From a bacterium UBP8_UBA817 (GTDB lineage: Bacteria; Margulisbacteria; Marinamargulisbacteria; SXXA01; SICP01), in assembly GCA_945888435.1 (NCBI GenBank), contig CAMCZW010000005.1, positions 3,114-67,113 of the forward strand: a stretch of 64,000 nt of DNA, given 5' to 3'. The notes beneath the pieces are model-generated. The model ran no database searches. It worked only from the letters and a program-made list of their open reading frames with translations, and was not told the origin of the DNA. Of this stretch, positions 21,588-30,729 are shown one piece after another (position 1 is the first letter of the stretch; each line of letters begins with the position of its first letter). Both the position numbers and the translations under genes were made by a program.

Positions 21588-22658
21588 ATGTTAACTGATC
21601 GAAAAAAACAAATTTTAAATGCCACTGTAAGTCTATATATCCACACCGCAGAACCGGTGGGATCTAAGTCGTTGCTGGATTATTGTCCGCTTGATGTCAG
21701 CTCTGCCACAGTTCGTCAGGAATTGAATGAGCTTGAAGCGGATGGGTTTTTGACGCATGTGCATACGTCTAGCGGGCGGATTCCGACGGATTCTGGATAT
21801 CGATTGTATGTGGATGAATTGATGGCGTCTTCGCCGTTAAGCGTCCAGGAGCATGAGCTGATTTCCGAACGGCTGGATTCGATGAGTCTTCACTTGGAGA
21901 CTGCGCTTACTCAGGTGTCCTCTCTGATGTCGTCTTTAATTGATTATACGACGATTGTGATGGTGCCTACGATTTATCAGGATGCGCTTAAGCTGGTGCA
22001 TATGGTGTTGGTAGATATTAATCGGGTGTTGGTGATTTTGCTTCATGCGCTTGGGGTTAATCATGAATTTATTTTGACTTTGGATGATCGTGTGGCTCAA
22101 GAAGATTTAACAAAGTTATCTCAATTATTAACTTCTAAATTAGAAGGCCTTAATATTCAAAATATTCCCCAGGAATTTTTTGCGGAATTGATTTCGGATT
22201 TGCCTGATTATCGGTCTGTCCTAGATCAGCTATCCGCTGAAATTATTAAGCTCAATAGCCACCATCAATCCAATCAAGGGTTGCTTTTGAGTGGAACATC
22301 TAAAATGCTTAAACTCCCTGAGTTTAGAAATATCGAATTTACTCAGCAAGTATTATCTGCGGTTGAAGAAAATAAAGTGTTACTGGAATTACTTCAGAGA
22401 GCGCTGGTTCAGTCCAATACCAATCAGTCCTGCTTTATCGGAAAGTCTGATCATCAGGTCGAATTACTGGATGGGTGTAGTGTGATTTTAAAGCCGGTAT
22501 CGATTGGCGAGTCCTACTCGACGGTCATTGGTGTTTTAGGACCCACGCGAATGTCGTATTCAGCAGTGACTTCAAAACTCACGGTGGTGAGTGATATGGT
22601 GTCAGATTATTTAAGTCAAAATATTTCAAAAGGAGGTTCCAATGGATCCAGTTACTAA
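21588..22658 (+). CDS. hrcA: Heat-inducible transcription repressor HrcA
   Basis: EPVGSK, SSATVR, HTSSGRIPTDSGYRLYVD, IGVLGPTRMSY. Confidence 0.98.
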   Translation: MLTDRKKQILNATVSLYIHTAEPVGSKSLLDYCPLDVSSATVRQELNELEADGFLTHVHTSSGRIPTDSGYRLYVDELMASSPLSVQEHELISERLDSMSLHLETALTQVSSLMSSLIDYTTIVMVPTIYQDALKLVHMVLVDINRVLVILLHALGVNHEFILTLDDRVAQEDLTKLSQLLTSKLEGLNIQNIPQEFFAELISDLPDYRSVLDQLSAEIIKLNSHHQSNQGLLLSGTSKMLKLPEFRNIEFTQQVLSAVEENKVLLELLQRALVQSNTNQSCFIGKSDHQVELLDGCSVILKPVSIGESYSTVIGVLGPTRMSYSAVTSKLTVVSDMVSDYLSQNISKGGSNGSSY

Positions 22659-23184
22659 TCAAGAAAATACTCAGACTTCTCAAGCGACAGAAGAGGTGAT
22701 CGATCCGGTTACGGAAGATCCTTCACTGGCTTTAGTCAAAGAAATTGAAGACTTAAAAGCTAAATTGGCTGAAGAATCTAATTTGAGACTAAGGGCCCAT
22801 GCCGACTTGGATAACTTTCGTAAACGTAAAGAGCAGGAGCTGATTTCATTTAGAAAATTTGCTCAGGAACAGATTCTTTTAGAGTTGTTGCCAGTGCTTG
22901 ATAACTTTGATTTGGCGATTCAACATTCAGGTACGCCCGACAGCTCTTCTCAGAAAGTTATGGAAGGTGTATTACTGATTCAGAAACAACTTAAATCAGT
23001 ACTTGATAAAGCAGGTGTCATTGGGATTAATGCGGTAGGCCAGCCGTTTGATCCCAATTTTCATCAGTCAATCGGGCAGGAAGACTCAGAACTTGGCTCA
23101 AATTTGGTCGTTCGCGAAATGCAAGCAGGGTATACGCTTCATGGACGTGTGATTAGACCGAGTTTAGTCATTGTATCGAATTAA
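22642..23184 (+). CDS. grpE: Nucleotide exchange factor GrpE
   Basis: LRAHADLDNFRKR, LLPVLDNF, FDPNFHQ, GYTLHGRVIRPSLVIV. Confidence 0.97.
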   Translation: MDPVTNQENTQTSQATEEVIDPVTEDPSLALVKEIEDLKAKLAEESNLRLRAHADLDNFRKRKEQELISFRKFAQEQILLELLPVLDNFDLAIQHSGTPDSSSQKVMEGVLLIQKQLKSVLDKAGVIGINAVGQPFDPNFHQSIGQEDSELGSNLVVREMQAGYTLHGRVIRPSLVIVSN

Positions 23185-23202
23185 AAAAACAGGAGGACTA
23201 TT

Positions 23203-25116
23203 ATGAACGAGAAAATATTAGGAATTGACTTAGGGACTACTAACTCTTGCTTTGCGATTATGGAAGGCTCTGAACCTGTCGTTATCGCTAACGCTGAAGG
23301 TGCACGCACCACTCCCTCTATTGTTGGATTTGCCAAAGACGGTGAACGACTGGTGGGACTTCCTGCAAAACGCCAGGCGATTACGAATCCTAAAAATACG
23401 CTTTATTCTATTAAAAGTTTGATTGGACGACGGCTTAGCGAAATTTCTAGAAAATTTCCGTTTGAAGTTATTGATAGCAATGGCGTGACGAAAGTAAAGG
23501 TTAATGGCAAAGACTATACGCCTCCTGAAATTTCGGCCATGGTCTTGCAAAAAATTAAAAAAGACGCAGAAAGCTACCTTGGACAAGAAATTAAAAAAGC
23601 GGTTATTACGGTTCCAGCGTACTTTAATGATAGCCAACGTCAGGCGACTAAAGATGCGGGCGAAATCGCAGGCTTAGAAGTATTACGGATTATCAACGAA
23701 CCAACCGCGGCGGCACTCGCCTATGGATTGGATAGTAAAAAAGACGAAAAAATCGCCGTTTATGACTTTGGTGGCGGTACATTTGATATTTCGATTCTTG
23801 AAATCGGAGACGGTGTATTTGAAGTTCAATCTACCAATGGTGATACGCAACTTGGCGGAGATGACATTGATGATTTATTAATGCATTGGCTAGTCGATGA
23901 ATTTAAGAAAGAAAAGGGCGTCGATTTATCGAAAGATCAAATGGCCCTTCAACGACTTAAAGACGCGGCTGAAAAAGCGAAGATTGAACTTTCGTCTACA
24001 GTAACGACTGAAATCAACTTGCCATTTATCACCGCAACGGCAGAAGGCCCTCAACATCTCAACTATTCACTCACTCGAGCCAAACTTGAGCAAATGATTG
24101 AGCCATTGATTAAAAGATCGCTGATTCCTTGTGAAAAAGCACTCAAAGACGCGGGTATTGATGTCAGCAAGATTGATGAAGTTATTTTAGTTGGGGGGAC
24201 GACTCGTATCCCAGCAATCCAAGAAGCTGTTAAAAAGTTTTTTGGTAAAGAGCCTCATAAAGGGGTTAACCCAGATGAAGTTGTGGCGATTGGGGCTGCG
24301 ATTCAAGGCGGTGTTTTGGCTGGCGATGTGAAAGACGTTGTTTTGTTAGACGTTATCCCATTATCACTTGGAATTGAGACTTTAGGATCTATTTCCACAC
24401 GATTGATTGAACGTAACTCGACAATACCAACTTCTAAAAGCCAGGTATTTTCAACAGCCCAAGACAATCAGGGAAGCGTTGAAATTCACATTCTTCAAGG
24501 TGAGCGTGAAATGGCCTCGGATAACCGATCTTTGGGTCGATTTACTCTTCAAGGGATTGCACCAGCACAGCGTGGAACTCCTCAAATTGAAGTTACTTTT
24601 GACATTGATGCCAACGGGATTCTCCATGTTAAGGCTGCGGACAAAGGGACTGGTAAAGAGCAAAAAATTACCATCACCGCTTCCTCTGGATTATCGGATG
24701 AAGATATTGAGCGCATGAAAAAAGATGCAGAAGCTCATGCTGAAGAAGATAAGAAAAAACGTGAAAGTATCGAAACTAAAAACCAAGCCGACTCATTGGT
24801 GTACTCCACTGAAAAATTACTTAAAGACAGTGGCGACAAAGTGAAGCCTGAAACCAAAGAAAAACTTGAAGCGGGTATTACCACAATGAAGGAAGCGATT
24901 GCTTCTGACGATGCGGTCAAAATCAAGTCTGAATTTGAGACATTTGAGAAATTGGTTCACGAGACTTCTGCTGAGCTTTATCAAGCGGCTTCTGAAGCGC
25001 AAGCTCCACCAGCCTCTGCCGAAGCGGGTGCAGAACCTGCATCTGAAGCGTCTGAACCTAAGGACAATGTTGTCGATGCAGAATACTCTGATGTAGACGA
25101 TAAAAAAACAACTTAA
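23203..25116 (+). CDS. dnaK: Chaperone DnaK
   Basis: [37 protein letters not shown]. Confidence 0.99.
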   Translation: MNEKILGIDLGTTNSCFAIMEGSEPVVIANAEGARTTPSIVGFAKDGERLVGLPAKRQAITNPKNTLYSIKSLIGRRLSEISRKFPFEVIDSNGVTKVKVNGKDYTPPEISAMVLQKIKKDAESYLGQEIKKAVITVPAYFNDSQRQATKDAGEIAGLEVLRIINEPTAAALAYGLDSKKDEKIAVYDFGGGTFDISILEIGDGVFEVQSTNGDTQLGGDDIDDLLMHWLVDEFKKEKGVDLSKDQMALQRLKDAAEKAKIELSSTVTTEINLPFITATAEGPQHLNYSLTRAKLEQMIEPLIKRSLIPCEKALKDAGIDVSKIDEVILVGGTTRIPAIQEAVKKFFGKEPHKGVNPDEVVAIGAAIQGGVLAGDVKDVVLLDVIPLSLGIETLGSISTRLIERNSTIPTSKSQVFSTAQDNQGSVEIHILQGEREMASDNRSLGRFTLQGIAPAQRGTPQIEVTFDIDANGILHVKAADKGTGKEQKITITASSGLSDEDIERMKKDAEAHAEEDKKKRESIETKNQADSLVYSTEKLLKDSGDKVKPETKEKLEAGITTMKEAIASDDAVKIKSEFETFEKLVHETSAELYQAASEAQAPPASAEAGAEPASEASEPKDNVVDAEYSDVDDKKTT

Positions 25117-25149
25117 ACTTTTAACGACTTATTGGAGAAGGATGTCATC

Positions 25150-26268
25150 ATGGCCAAGGATTTATACGAAATAATGGGCGTCAGCCGCACTGCAAGTGAA
25201 GCTGATATTAAAAAAGCATATCGAAAGCTTGCACTGGAATTTCATCCCGATGTAAATAAGGATCCTGGCGCTCAGGATAAATTTAAAGAAGTACAAAAGG
25301 CCAATGACATCCTTTCTAATCCTCAAAAGAAAGCCCAGTACGACCAGTATGGCGTTACCGATGATCAGCCTGGTGCTGGTGGTTTTGGTGGTGCAGGTGG
25401 CGGATTCAGTGGTTTTAACGCTGATTCTTTTGAAGATATTTTTGATAACTTTTTTGGCGGTGGCCGACAGTCTAAACGTCGTGGTGGTCCGCGCCCTGGC
25501 GAAGATCTTCGTTATGACTTAGAAATTACTCTTGAAGAGGCCGCGGCCGGTGTTGAGAAAAAGATTGAAATCTATCACCTTGCCCGATGTAAAAAATGCG
25601 AAGGTTCTGGCGCTCAACCAGGCAGTAGTAAAACCACCTGCGGAAAATGCGGCGGCGCTGGCCAGGTTCAAACTGTCCAACGAACAATTTTAGGTAGTTT
25701 CTCTCAAGTGATCACTTGTCCTGAATGTCGTGGTGCTGGTGAGATCATTAAAAATCCTTGCTCTAATTGTCATGGTAAAGGTCTTGAAAAACAAAAACGT
25801 CAGATTTCCGTTAAAATCCCAGCCGGCGTTGATAGCGGAAGCCGGTTACGGGTGTCTGGTGAAGGAAACCATGGCGAAGGCGGCGGCACACCTGGTGACC
25901 TTTATGTCTTTATCACGGTGAAGGCCCACGCTTATTTTAAACGCGAAGATGACAGTGTGTATATTTCTGTTAACCTCCCCTATTCAAGACTAGTATTGGG
26001 TACTGAAATTACGGTTCCTAGCTTGTCAGGAAAAACCAAACTTAAAATTCCTGCCGGCACTCAGCCTGGCACCTTATTTAGATTAAAAGGCAAAGGGATT
26101 GCCCATCTCCAAAAATACGGGACTGGCGATCAATTTGTCGAAGTGACGGTTGCTGTACCCAAGTCAATTTCTGGCAAAGAGAAAAAAGTAATTCAAGAAT
26201 TGGCAGATTTGGATACTAAATTTGATGCTCAGTCTGAGGATCAGATGGCGTTTTTGAATAAGCATTAG
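25150..26268 (+). CDS. dnaJ: Chaperone DnaJ
   Basis: HPD J-domain, G/F-rich region, four CxxCxGxG repeats; ATG at 25150. Confidence 0.98.
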   Translation: MAKDLYEIMGVSRTASEADIKKAYRKLALEFHPDVNKDPGAQDKFKEVQKANDILSNPQKKAQYDQYGVTDDQPGAGGFGGAGGGFSGFNADSFEDIFDNFFGGGRQSKRRGGPRPGEDLRYDLEITLEEAAAGVEKKIEIYHLARCKKCEGSGAQPGSSKTTCGKCGGAGQVQTVQRTILGSFSQVITCPECRGAGEIIKNPCSNCHGKGLEKQKRQISVKIPAGVDSGSRLRVSGEGNHGEGGGTPGDLYVFITVKAHAYFKREDDSVYISVNLPYSRLVLGTEITVPSLSGKTKLKIPAGTQPGTLFRLKGKGIAHLQKYGTGDQFVEVTVAVPKSISGKEKKVIQELADLDTKFDAQSEDQMAFLNKH

Positions 26269-26288
26269 ACTATATCCTTTCTGTTCTT

Positions 26289-26317
26289 GTAGAGACAGGT
26301 TTCAAACCTGTCTCTAC
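26289..26317. repeat. Perfect 29-bp palindrome with GTAG/CTAC ends (REP-like; possible bidirectional terminator)
   Basis: GTAGAGACAGGTTT-C-AAACCTGTCTCTAC between convergent dnaJ and the exonuclease gene; contains the exonuclease stop codon. Confidence 0.8.
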
Positions 26318-27705
26318 GGGATTAAATTTCTCTTCGCCTGCATATCTTTAAGCAAAGCGTTGAGATTATCTAGATCTTTTTGGGGGTGCTCGGCTTTTTG
26401 GAGTAAATCCTGAGTTTCTTTGATTTTTTGATCAATATCCACAAATTGTTTAGGGTCTCTCATCATTGTGCCGGTGAGGTATCTTGGGGCCATGTATTTG
26501 GCTAGGTGTTCTGGTTTAGGGCTTGGGTGCAGGGCTAAGTAGGCCCGATTAAATAGTTGGACGAGATAGCGGTCTTTTTGGGTTTTCTTGCCGGACCATA
26601 GTCGGTTGATAATTTTGTCGTAGGCCTCTGGGTCTCGGATGATTTGGGAGACAGCCGCATGGAGAGTATCGATTCGCTCGAATCCTAATTGGTGGATTTG
26701 GTATTCGATATCCCAGTCTTTTTCAGTGAGTTTAAAATAATTTTCTAAATTAATGCCCTTGATAAATGGGGCGTTGGCGGCTTGATTGATGATATTTCCA
26801 AAATAGACTTCTTCCTGATAATTCAGAGGCTCTAGTCTAAACATATGTTTGTTGTCATTGATGTATTTTAGGGTGCCTATTAATTGTTCTGGACTTGGTG
26901 ATTCAGGTAGTTTTTCAAAGGCTTCCAGGTCCAGCATTAACTTGGCTTTTCCTTGGATGTCGAGGCCTAACCAGTATCGATAGTGAAAATAGGATAATTC
27001 GTCGTCTTCTGATTTTGGGAAATGTCTTACTTTTTGTTTTCCGATGACGACATGCTCATATTTGTAGACGCTGTTAGGGACGCTGATTGGAGAAAACTCA
27101 GATAATTTTTGGCCAAACTGGTTTTGAATTTCTTTAATTAAGTCGATAAGAAGTAAGACGTCTTCTTCCGCATCATGGGACTGATCTTGTTTGAGAACGC
27201 CAAATGCTTTTGCGGTAGCTTCTAGCTTAAACGAATAATATGGGAGATTGAGGTCATTGGTTTGGGTCGTCCAAGGGTAGACTTCTTCGTTTTCGAAGGC
27301 CAGGGATTGGATCCAGTGGAGAACGTCGATATTGTGGAGTTTTCCTTTGAAGTAAGGATTTAATCCGTATCTTAATAATGTATTTCTTAAAAACTGTAAG
27401 TCAAATTGATTGCTGTTAAAGCCGATTAAAGTCGCTTCTCCGTGAGTGGCGATGATTTTATCTAATTGAGATTGGATAAATTTTGCGGTGTCGTATTCGG
27501 TTTTTCCACTTTCGTTGAGGGTGTCAATATTGAGTTTATTGGTGAGGATGGCACCAGGGTCTGCGATTTGGGTTCGGTTGAGTTTAACGGTCCCTTTCCA
27601 GGTGTCGATGATGTTGAGTTGATCGTCGGTTACGACGAAGGCAAAGGATAGGATTTGCCCTAAAAAGTCGCTGGTGGATGTTTCAAAGTCATAAATGATA
27701 TTCAT
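26314..27705 (-). CDS. DEDDh 3'-5' exonuclease, exonuclease I (SbcB)-like N-terminal domain
   Basis: ExoI motif YDFETS, ExoII GFNSNQFDLQFLRN, SFKLE, ExoIII SHDAEEDV; divergent C-terminal half. Confidence 0.8.
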   Translation of the reverse strand: MNIIYDFETSTSDFLGQILSFAFVVTDDQLNIIDTWKGTVKLNRTQIADPGAILTNKLNIDTLNESGKTEYDTAKFIQSQLDKIIATHGEATLIGFNSNQFDLQFLRNTLLRYGLNPYFKGKLHNIDVLHWIQSLAFENEEVYPWTTQTNDLNLPYYSFKLEATAKAFGVLKQDQSHDAEEDVLLLIDLIKEIQNQFGQKLSEFSPISVPNSVYKYEHVVIGKQKVRHFPKSEDDELSYFHYRYWLGLDIQGKAKLMLDLEAFEKLPESPSPEQLIGTLKYINDNKHMFRLEPLNYQEEVYFGNIINQAANAPFIKGINLENYFKLTEKDWDIEYQIHQLGFERIDTLHAAVSQIIRDPEAYDKIINRLWSGKKTQKDRYLVQLFNRAYLALHPSPKPEHLAKYMAPRYLTGTMMRDPKQFVDIDQKIKETQDLLQKAEHPQKDLDNLNALLKDMQAKRNLIP

Positions 27706-27757
27706 TTGTCCAATTTACTATAGAAAAAAAATAACTTAAAGTTAGTCTAGACTTTAT

Positions 27758-27834
27758 GTCCCCGTAGCTCAGTTGGATAGAGCGTTTGATTCCTAATCCA
27801 AAGGTCGCTGGTTCAAATCCGGCCGGGGACACCA
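27758..27834 (+). tRNA. tRNA-Arg(CCT)
   Basis: GTCCCCG/CGGGGAC acceptor stem, GCTC/GAGC D-stem, TTCCTAA anticodon loop, TTCAAAT T-loop, encoded CCA; one U:C mismatch in the anticodon stem. Confidence 0.95.
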
Positions 27835-28054
27835 GAGACTACGCCAAAATGCCGTGATCTGGCTAAATCGCAAACCTTAACTACACAGCTACGGCTGAAG
27901 CCCTCTTCATGGCCTGCGGCCAGCCGAGCAGCCTTGTCAAAACGTGACATTTAGTCACATTTCGCCTACGGTTCCGTCGCTAACGCTCCTCACACTCCTT
28001 GGTAGTCTGCGGTTTCCGAGTTTCACCAGCTGACGACATTTTGATGTAGTCTCT
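27834..28054. mobile_element. Palindromic MITE/RPE-like element, long copy
   Basis: Imperfect terminal inverted repeats agagactacgccaaaatgccgt / acgacattttgatgtagtctct; internal motifs shared with 51515-51640. Confidence 0.7.
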
Positions 28055-28107
28055 TGGAATCGCGATTTTATTTTACTTATCTATTTTTTTATTACTCGAT
28101 AAAAACG

Positions 28108-28141
28108 CCCCTCTTTGGGACAGAGAGGGGTTGGGGGTGAG
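28108..28141. repeat. GC-rich hairpin with G-rich tail (REP-like) downstream of pyrB
   Basis: cccctctttg-gga-cagagagggg stem-loop followed by ttgggggtgag. Confidence 0.5.
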
Positions 28142-28182
28142 TGTTATCTGGAGATTTAGTTGAGAAGCGGTCCTTACGAAAC

Positions 28183-29112
28183 TTAGATCTCTAACCCCAA
28201 CATCTCACTAATCAATGCCATACGGATATAGAGCCCAAACTGGGCTTGGTCGAAGTATTTAGCGGAGGTGTGGGTGTCGACGTCCTCAGCGATTTCGGCG
28301 ATTCTGGGGAGGGGGTGGAGGATGGTTAGCGTTGGTTTGGCGTGGGTGAGGTGAGCGCGTTCTAGACGGTAGTGGTTTTTGACGGCGTCGTAGCTTTCTT
28401 TGGTGTCGAAGCGCTCTTCTTGAACTCGGGTCATGTAGGCGATGTCTAGGAGGGGGAGTGTGTCTTGGAGGGATTTGGTTTCAATGACTTGGTGGCCGCA
28501 TTTTTTTAGCCAAGCGACTGTTTCTGTGTTCATTTTTAGGCTGGGATGGGAGATTAGGTAGAAGGTGTGGCGTTTGTAGAAAGCGAGTAGTTGGACTAGA
28601 GATTTGACGGTTCGGCTGAATTTTAAGTCACCAATGATGCCGATTGAGAGTTCGTCTAAGCGATGATGGAAGTGGTTGATGGTGTAGATGTCTAATAAGG
28701 ATTGGGATGGGTGTTGGTTGGAGCCGTCGCCTGCGTTGATGACGGGGATGGTGGCATGCTTGGCAAATTCGGTAGCGCTGTTTTTTTGAGGGTGTCGAAT
28801 GACTGCGATGTCGCAATATCCACTCATGATTCGGCCTGTGTCGGAGAGAGTTTCTCCTTTTTTGGTTGAGGAGGATGCGCCGCTTTCTAATGTGATGATA
28901 TTTCCGCCTAATTTTTGCATGGCGGCTTCGAATGCGAATCGGGTACGCGTGCTGGGTTCAAAAAATAGACTGGCTAGAATTTTTCCGCGTGCCAGATCAA
29001 AAATGGAGGATGATGTATTGTGATGAAAAAAAGAGGCTTTTTTACAAATGGCTTGGATATCTTCTTGGGTGACTTGATCTGCAGAGAGTAAGTGTCGAAA
29101 GGAGATATTCAT
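28183..29112 (-). CDS. pyrB: Aspartate carbamoyltransferase catalytic subunit
   Basis: FFEPSTRTRFAF, KGETLSDT, NAGDG...HPSQSLLD, GDLKFSRT, YMTRVQEER, HPLPR. Confidence 0.98.
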   Translation of the reverse strand: MNISFRHLLSADQVTQEDIQAICKKASFFHHNTSSSIFDLARGKILASLFFEPSTRTRFAFEAAMQKLGGNIITLESGASSSTKKGETLSDTGRIMSGYCDIAVIRHPQKNSATEFAKHATIPVINAGDGSNQHPSQSLLDIYTINHFHHRLDELSIGIIGDLKFSRTVKSLVQLLAFYKRHTFYLISHPSLKMNTETVAWLKKCGHQVIETKSLQDTLPLLDIAYMTRVQEERFDTKESYDAVKNHYRLERAHLTHAKPTLTILHPLPRIAEIAEDVDTHTSAKYFDQAQFGLYIRMALISEMLGLEI

Positions 29113-29228
29113 GATAGATACTTTGTATCATATATGAGATTTCCTTGACTACTCTAAATTTCGTCCCCTATCATCCCATTGATATTATTATTAATTTTGA
29201 CCGATTGATGGGCAGGAGGCCTTTTAGC

Positions 29229-30335
29229 ATGATAGGAATGGCAGAGTATATATGGTTAGACGGGGCGAAGCCGACCGCTTTACTACGAAGTAAAGGCCGT
29301 GTGATTTCTACGGGTGAAGAAGTATCTCTTTCTGATTTTCCAGAATGGGGATTTGATGGATCTTCAACTTATCAAGCACCTGGCGATATGTCGGACTTGG
29401 TACTTGCGCCTTCTTATTTCGTTCCAGACCCTCTTCACGGATATGGAAATTACCTTGTGTTATGTGAAGTCTTAAATGCAGATGGAACTCCTCATACGAC
29501 TAATACTCGCGCCCTACTTCGGGACGTGATCAATGCCGGTGGTCAAGACTTAGAACCATGGGGCGGATTTGAGCAAGAATACACCCTGTTCCAAGATGGG
29601 ATTCCTTTAGGGTTTTCTCCTGCAAGTGAACCAGCTCCACAAGGTCCTTACTATTGTGGTGTTGGAGCTAATCGTATTTTTGGGCGAGACATCGTCGAAG
29701 ATCATTCGGTGGCGTGCATCGAAGCGGGAATCAATATTTATGGAATTAACGCCGAAGTTATGCCTGGCCAATGGGAATACCAAGTTGGATACCGTGGTTT
29801 TGAAGGTGATAATAATGACCTATTAACTTTATGTGACCAACGAATCATTGCAAACTGGCTTCTTGAGCGAATTGCTGAAGATTATGATGTCGAAGTCTCT
29901 TTTGCCAATAAACCTAAATCAGGAGATTGGAATGGAGCTGGATGCCATACTAATTTTTCAACGAAGGATATGAGAGATAAAGTCAAAGGTAAACAAACCA
30001 TTGATAATGCAGTCAAAGCACTTTCAGAAAAACATAATGAACATATTCAAGTTTATGGTGCAGGCAATGACCAACGCCTCACCGGAAAACATGAAACCTG
30101 TTCATTTCGTCAATTCCGAGCAGGAACCTCTGATCGAGGCGCGTCTATCCGCATCCCACTTGGTGTTGCACAGAAAGGCTATGGATATATCGAAGATCGT
30201 CGTCCAGGCGCCAATTCAGACCCATACGTCGTGTCTGCACGTTTGATAGCAACTGTTGCAGGGCTAAACTTTGATTCTCATTTCGAGCCATTCGTTAATC
30301 TTACTTTAAATCAAGAAGCCGTTCCTTCCCGGTAA
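29229..30335 (+). CDS. glnII: Glutamine synthetase type II (GSII/GlnII)
   Basis: AEYIWLDG, LRSK, PEWGFDGSST, PQGPYYCGVGA, NAEVMPGQWEYQ, GDWNGAGCHTNFST, RLTGKHET, GYIEDRRP; about 368 aa; AGGAGG SD before ATG 29229. Confidence 0.93.
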   Translation: MIGMAEYIWLDGAKPTALLRSKGRVISTGEEVSLSDFPEWGFDGSSTYQAPGDMSDLVLAPSYFVPDPLHGYGNYLVLCEVLNADGTPHTTNTRALLRDVINAGGQDLEPWGGFEQEYTLFQDGIPLGFSPASEPAPQGPYYCGVGANRIFGRDIVEDHSVACIEAGINIYGINAEVMPGQWEYQVGYRGFEGDNNDLLTLCDQRIIANWLLERIAEDYDVEVSFANKPKSGDWNGAGCHTNFSTKDMRDKVKGKQTIDNAVKALSEKHNEHIQVYGAGNDQRLTGKHETCSFRQFRAGTSDRGASIRIPLGVAQKGYGYIEDRRPGANSDPYVVSARLIATVAGLNFDSHFEPFVNLTLNQEAVPSR

Positions 30336-30341
30336 CGCTTC

Positions 30342-30363
30342 GGGGGCTGTTTCTTCAGCCCCC
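30342..30363 (+). terminator. Intrinsic terminator-like hairpin after glnII
   Basis: GGGGGCTG-TTTCTT-CAGCCCCC followed by AT-rich sequence and a T-run. Confidence 0.65.
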
Positions 30364-30483
30364 ATTTAACCAACCATTTTTTTTCGTTACATTTTATATT
30401 ACTCAATTCTCGTTATTGTATATGTGTGTCTTATAAGACCAAGTATTTTGGACACTCAAGCATGATTTTGGAGGTGAGTATAA

Positions 30484-30729
30484 ATGGATATTAGAGGCAT
30501 TAGTTCCTCGTCCCAGGCAGGCGCTTCTTCAGGTGCCTCCAGAGGGTCGAAATCAGATTTTGGGGATATTTTAAAAGCGACTGAAGCCACGGTGAATGAA
30601 GGCTTTTCTGAGACTAAATCAAGTGATTCTGGACTTTCTGCACTTCATAAACTAGAGCAAGACCTTTTTAGTAAACTGTCTCCTAAAGCTCAAGCCGCTC
30701 GATCGTATGGCGATGGCGGACTATTTTAA
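30484..30729 (+). CDS. Small hypothetical Ser/Gly-rich protein
   Basis: 81-aa ORF with a strong GGAGGTGA SD; fills the gap between glnII and the convergent bamA. Confidence 0.7.
   Translation: MDIRGISSSSQAGASSGASRGSKSDFGDILKATEATVNEGFSETKSSDSGLSALHKLEQDLFSKLSPKAQAARSYGDGGLF

Noticed and set aside
29145-29228. N-terminal extension of glutamine synthetase
   Set aside because: The TTG coincides with a likely -35 box, and AGGAGG precedes ATG 29229.
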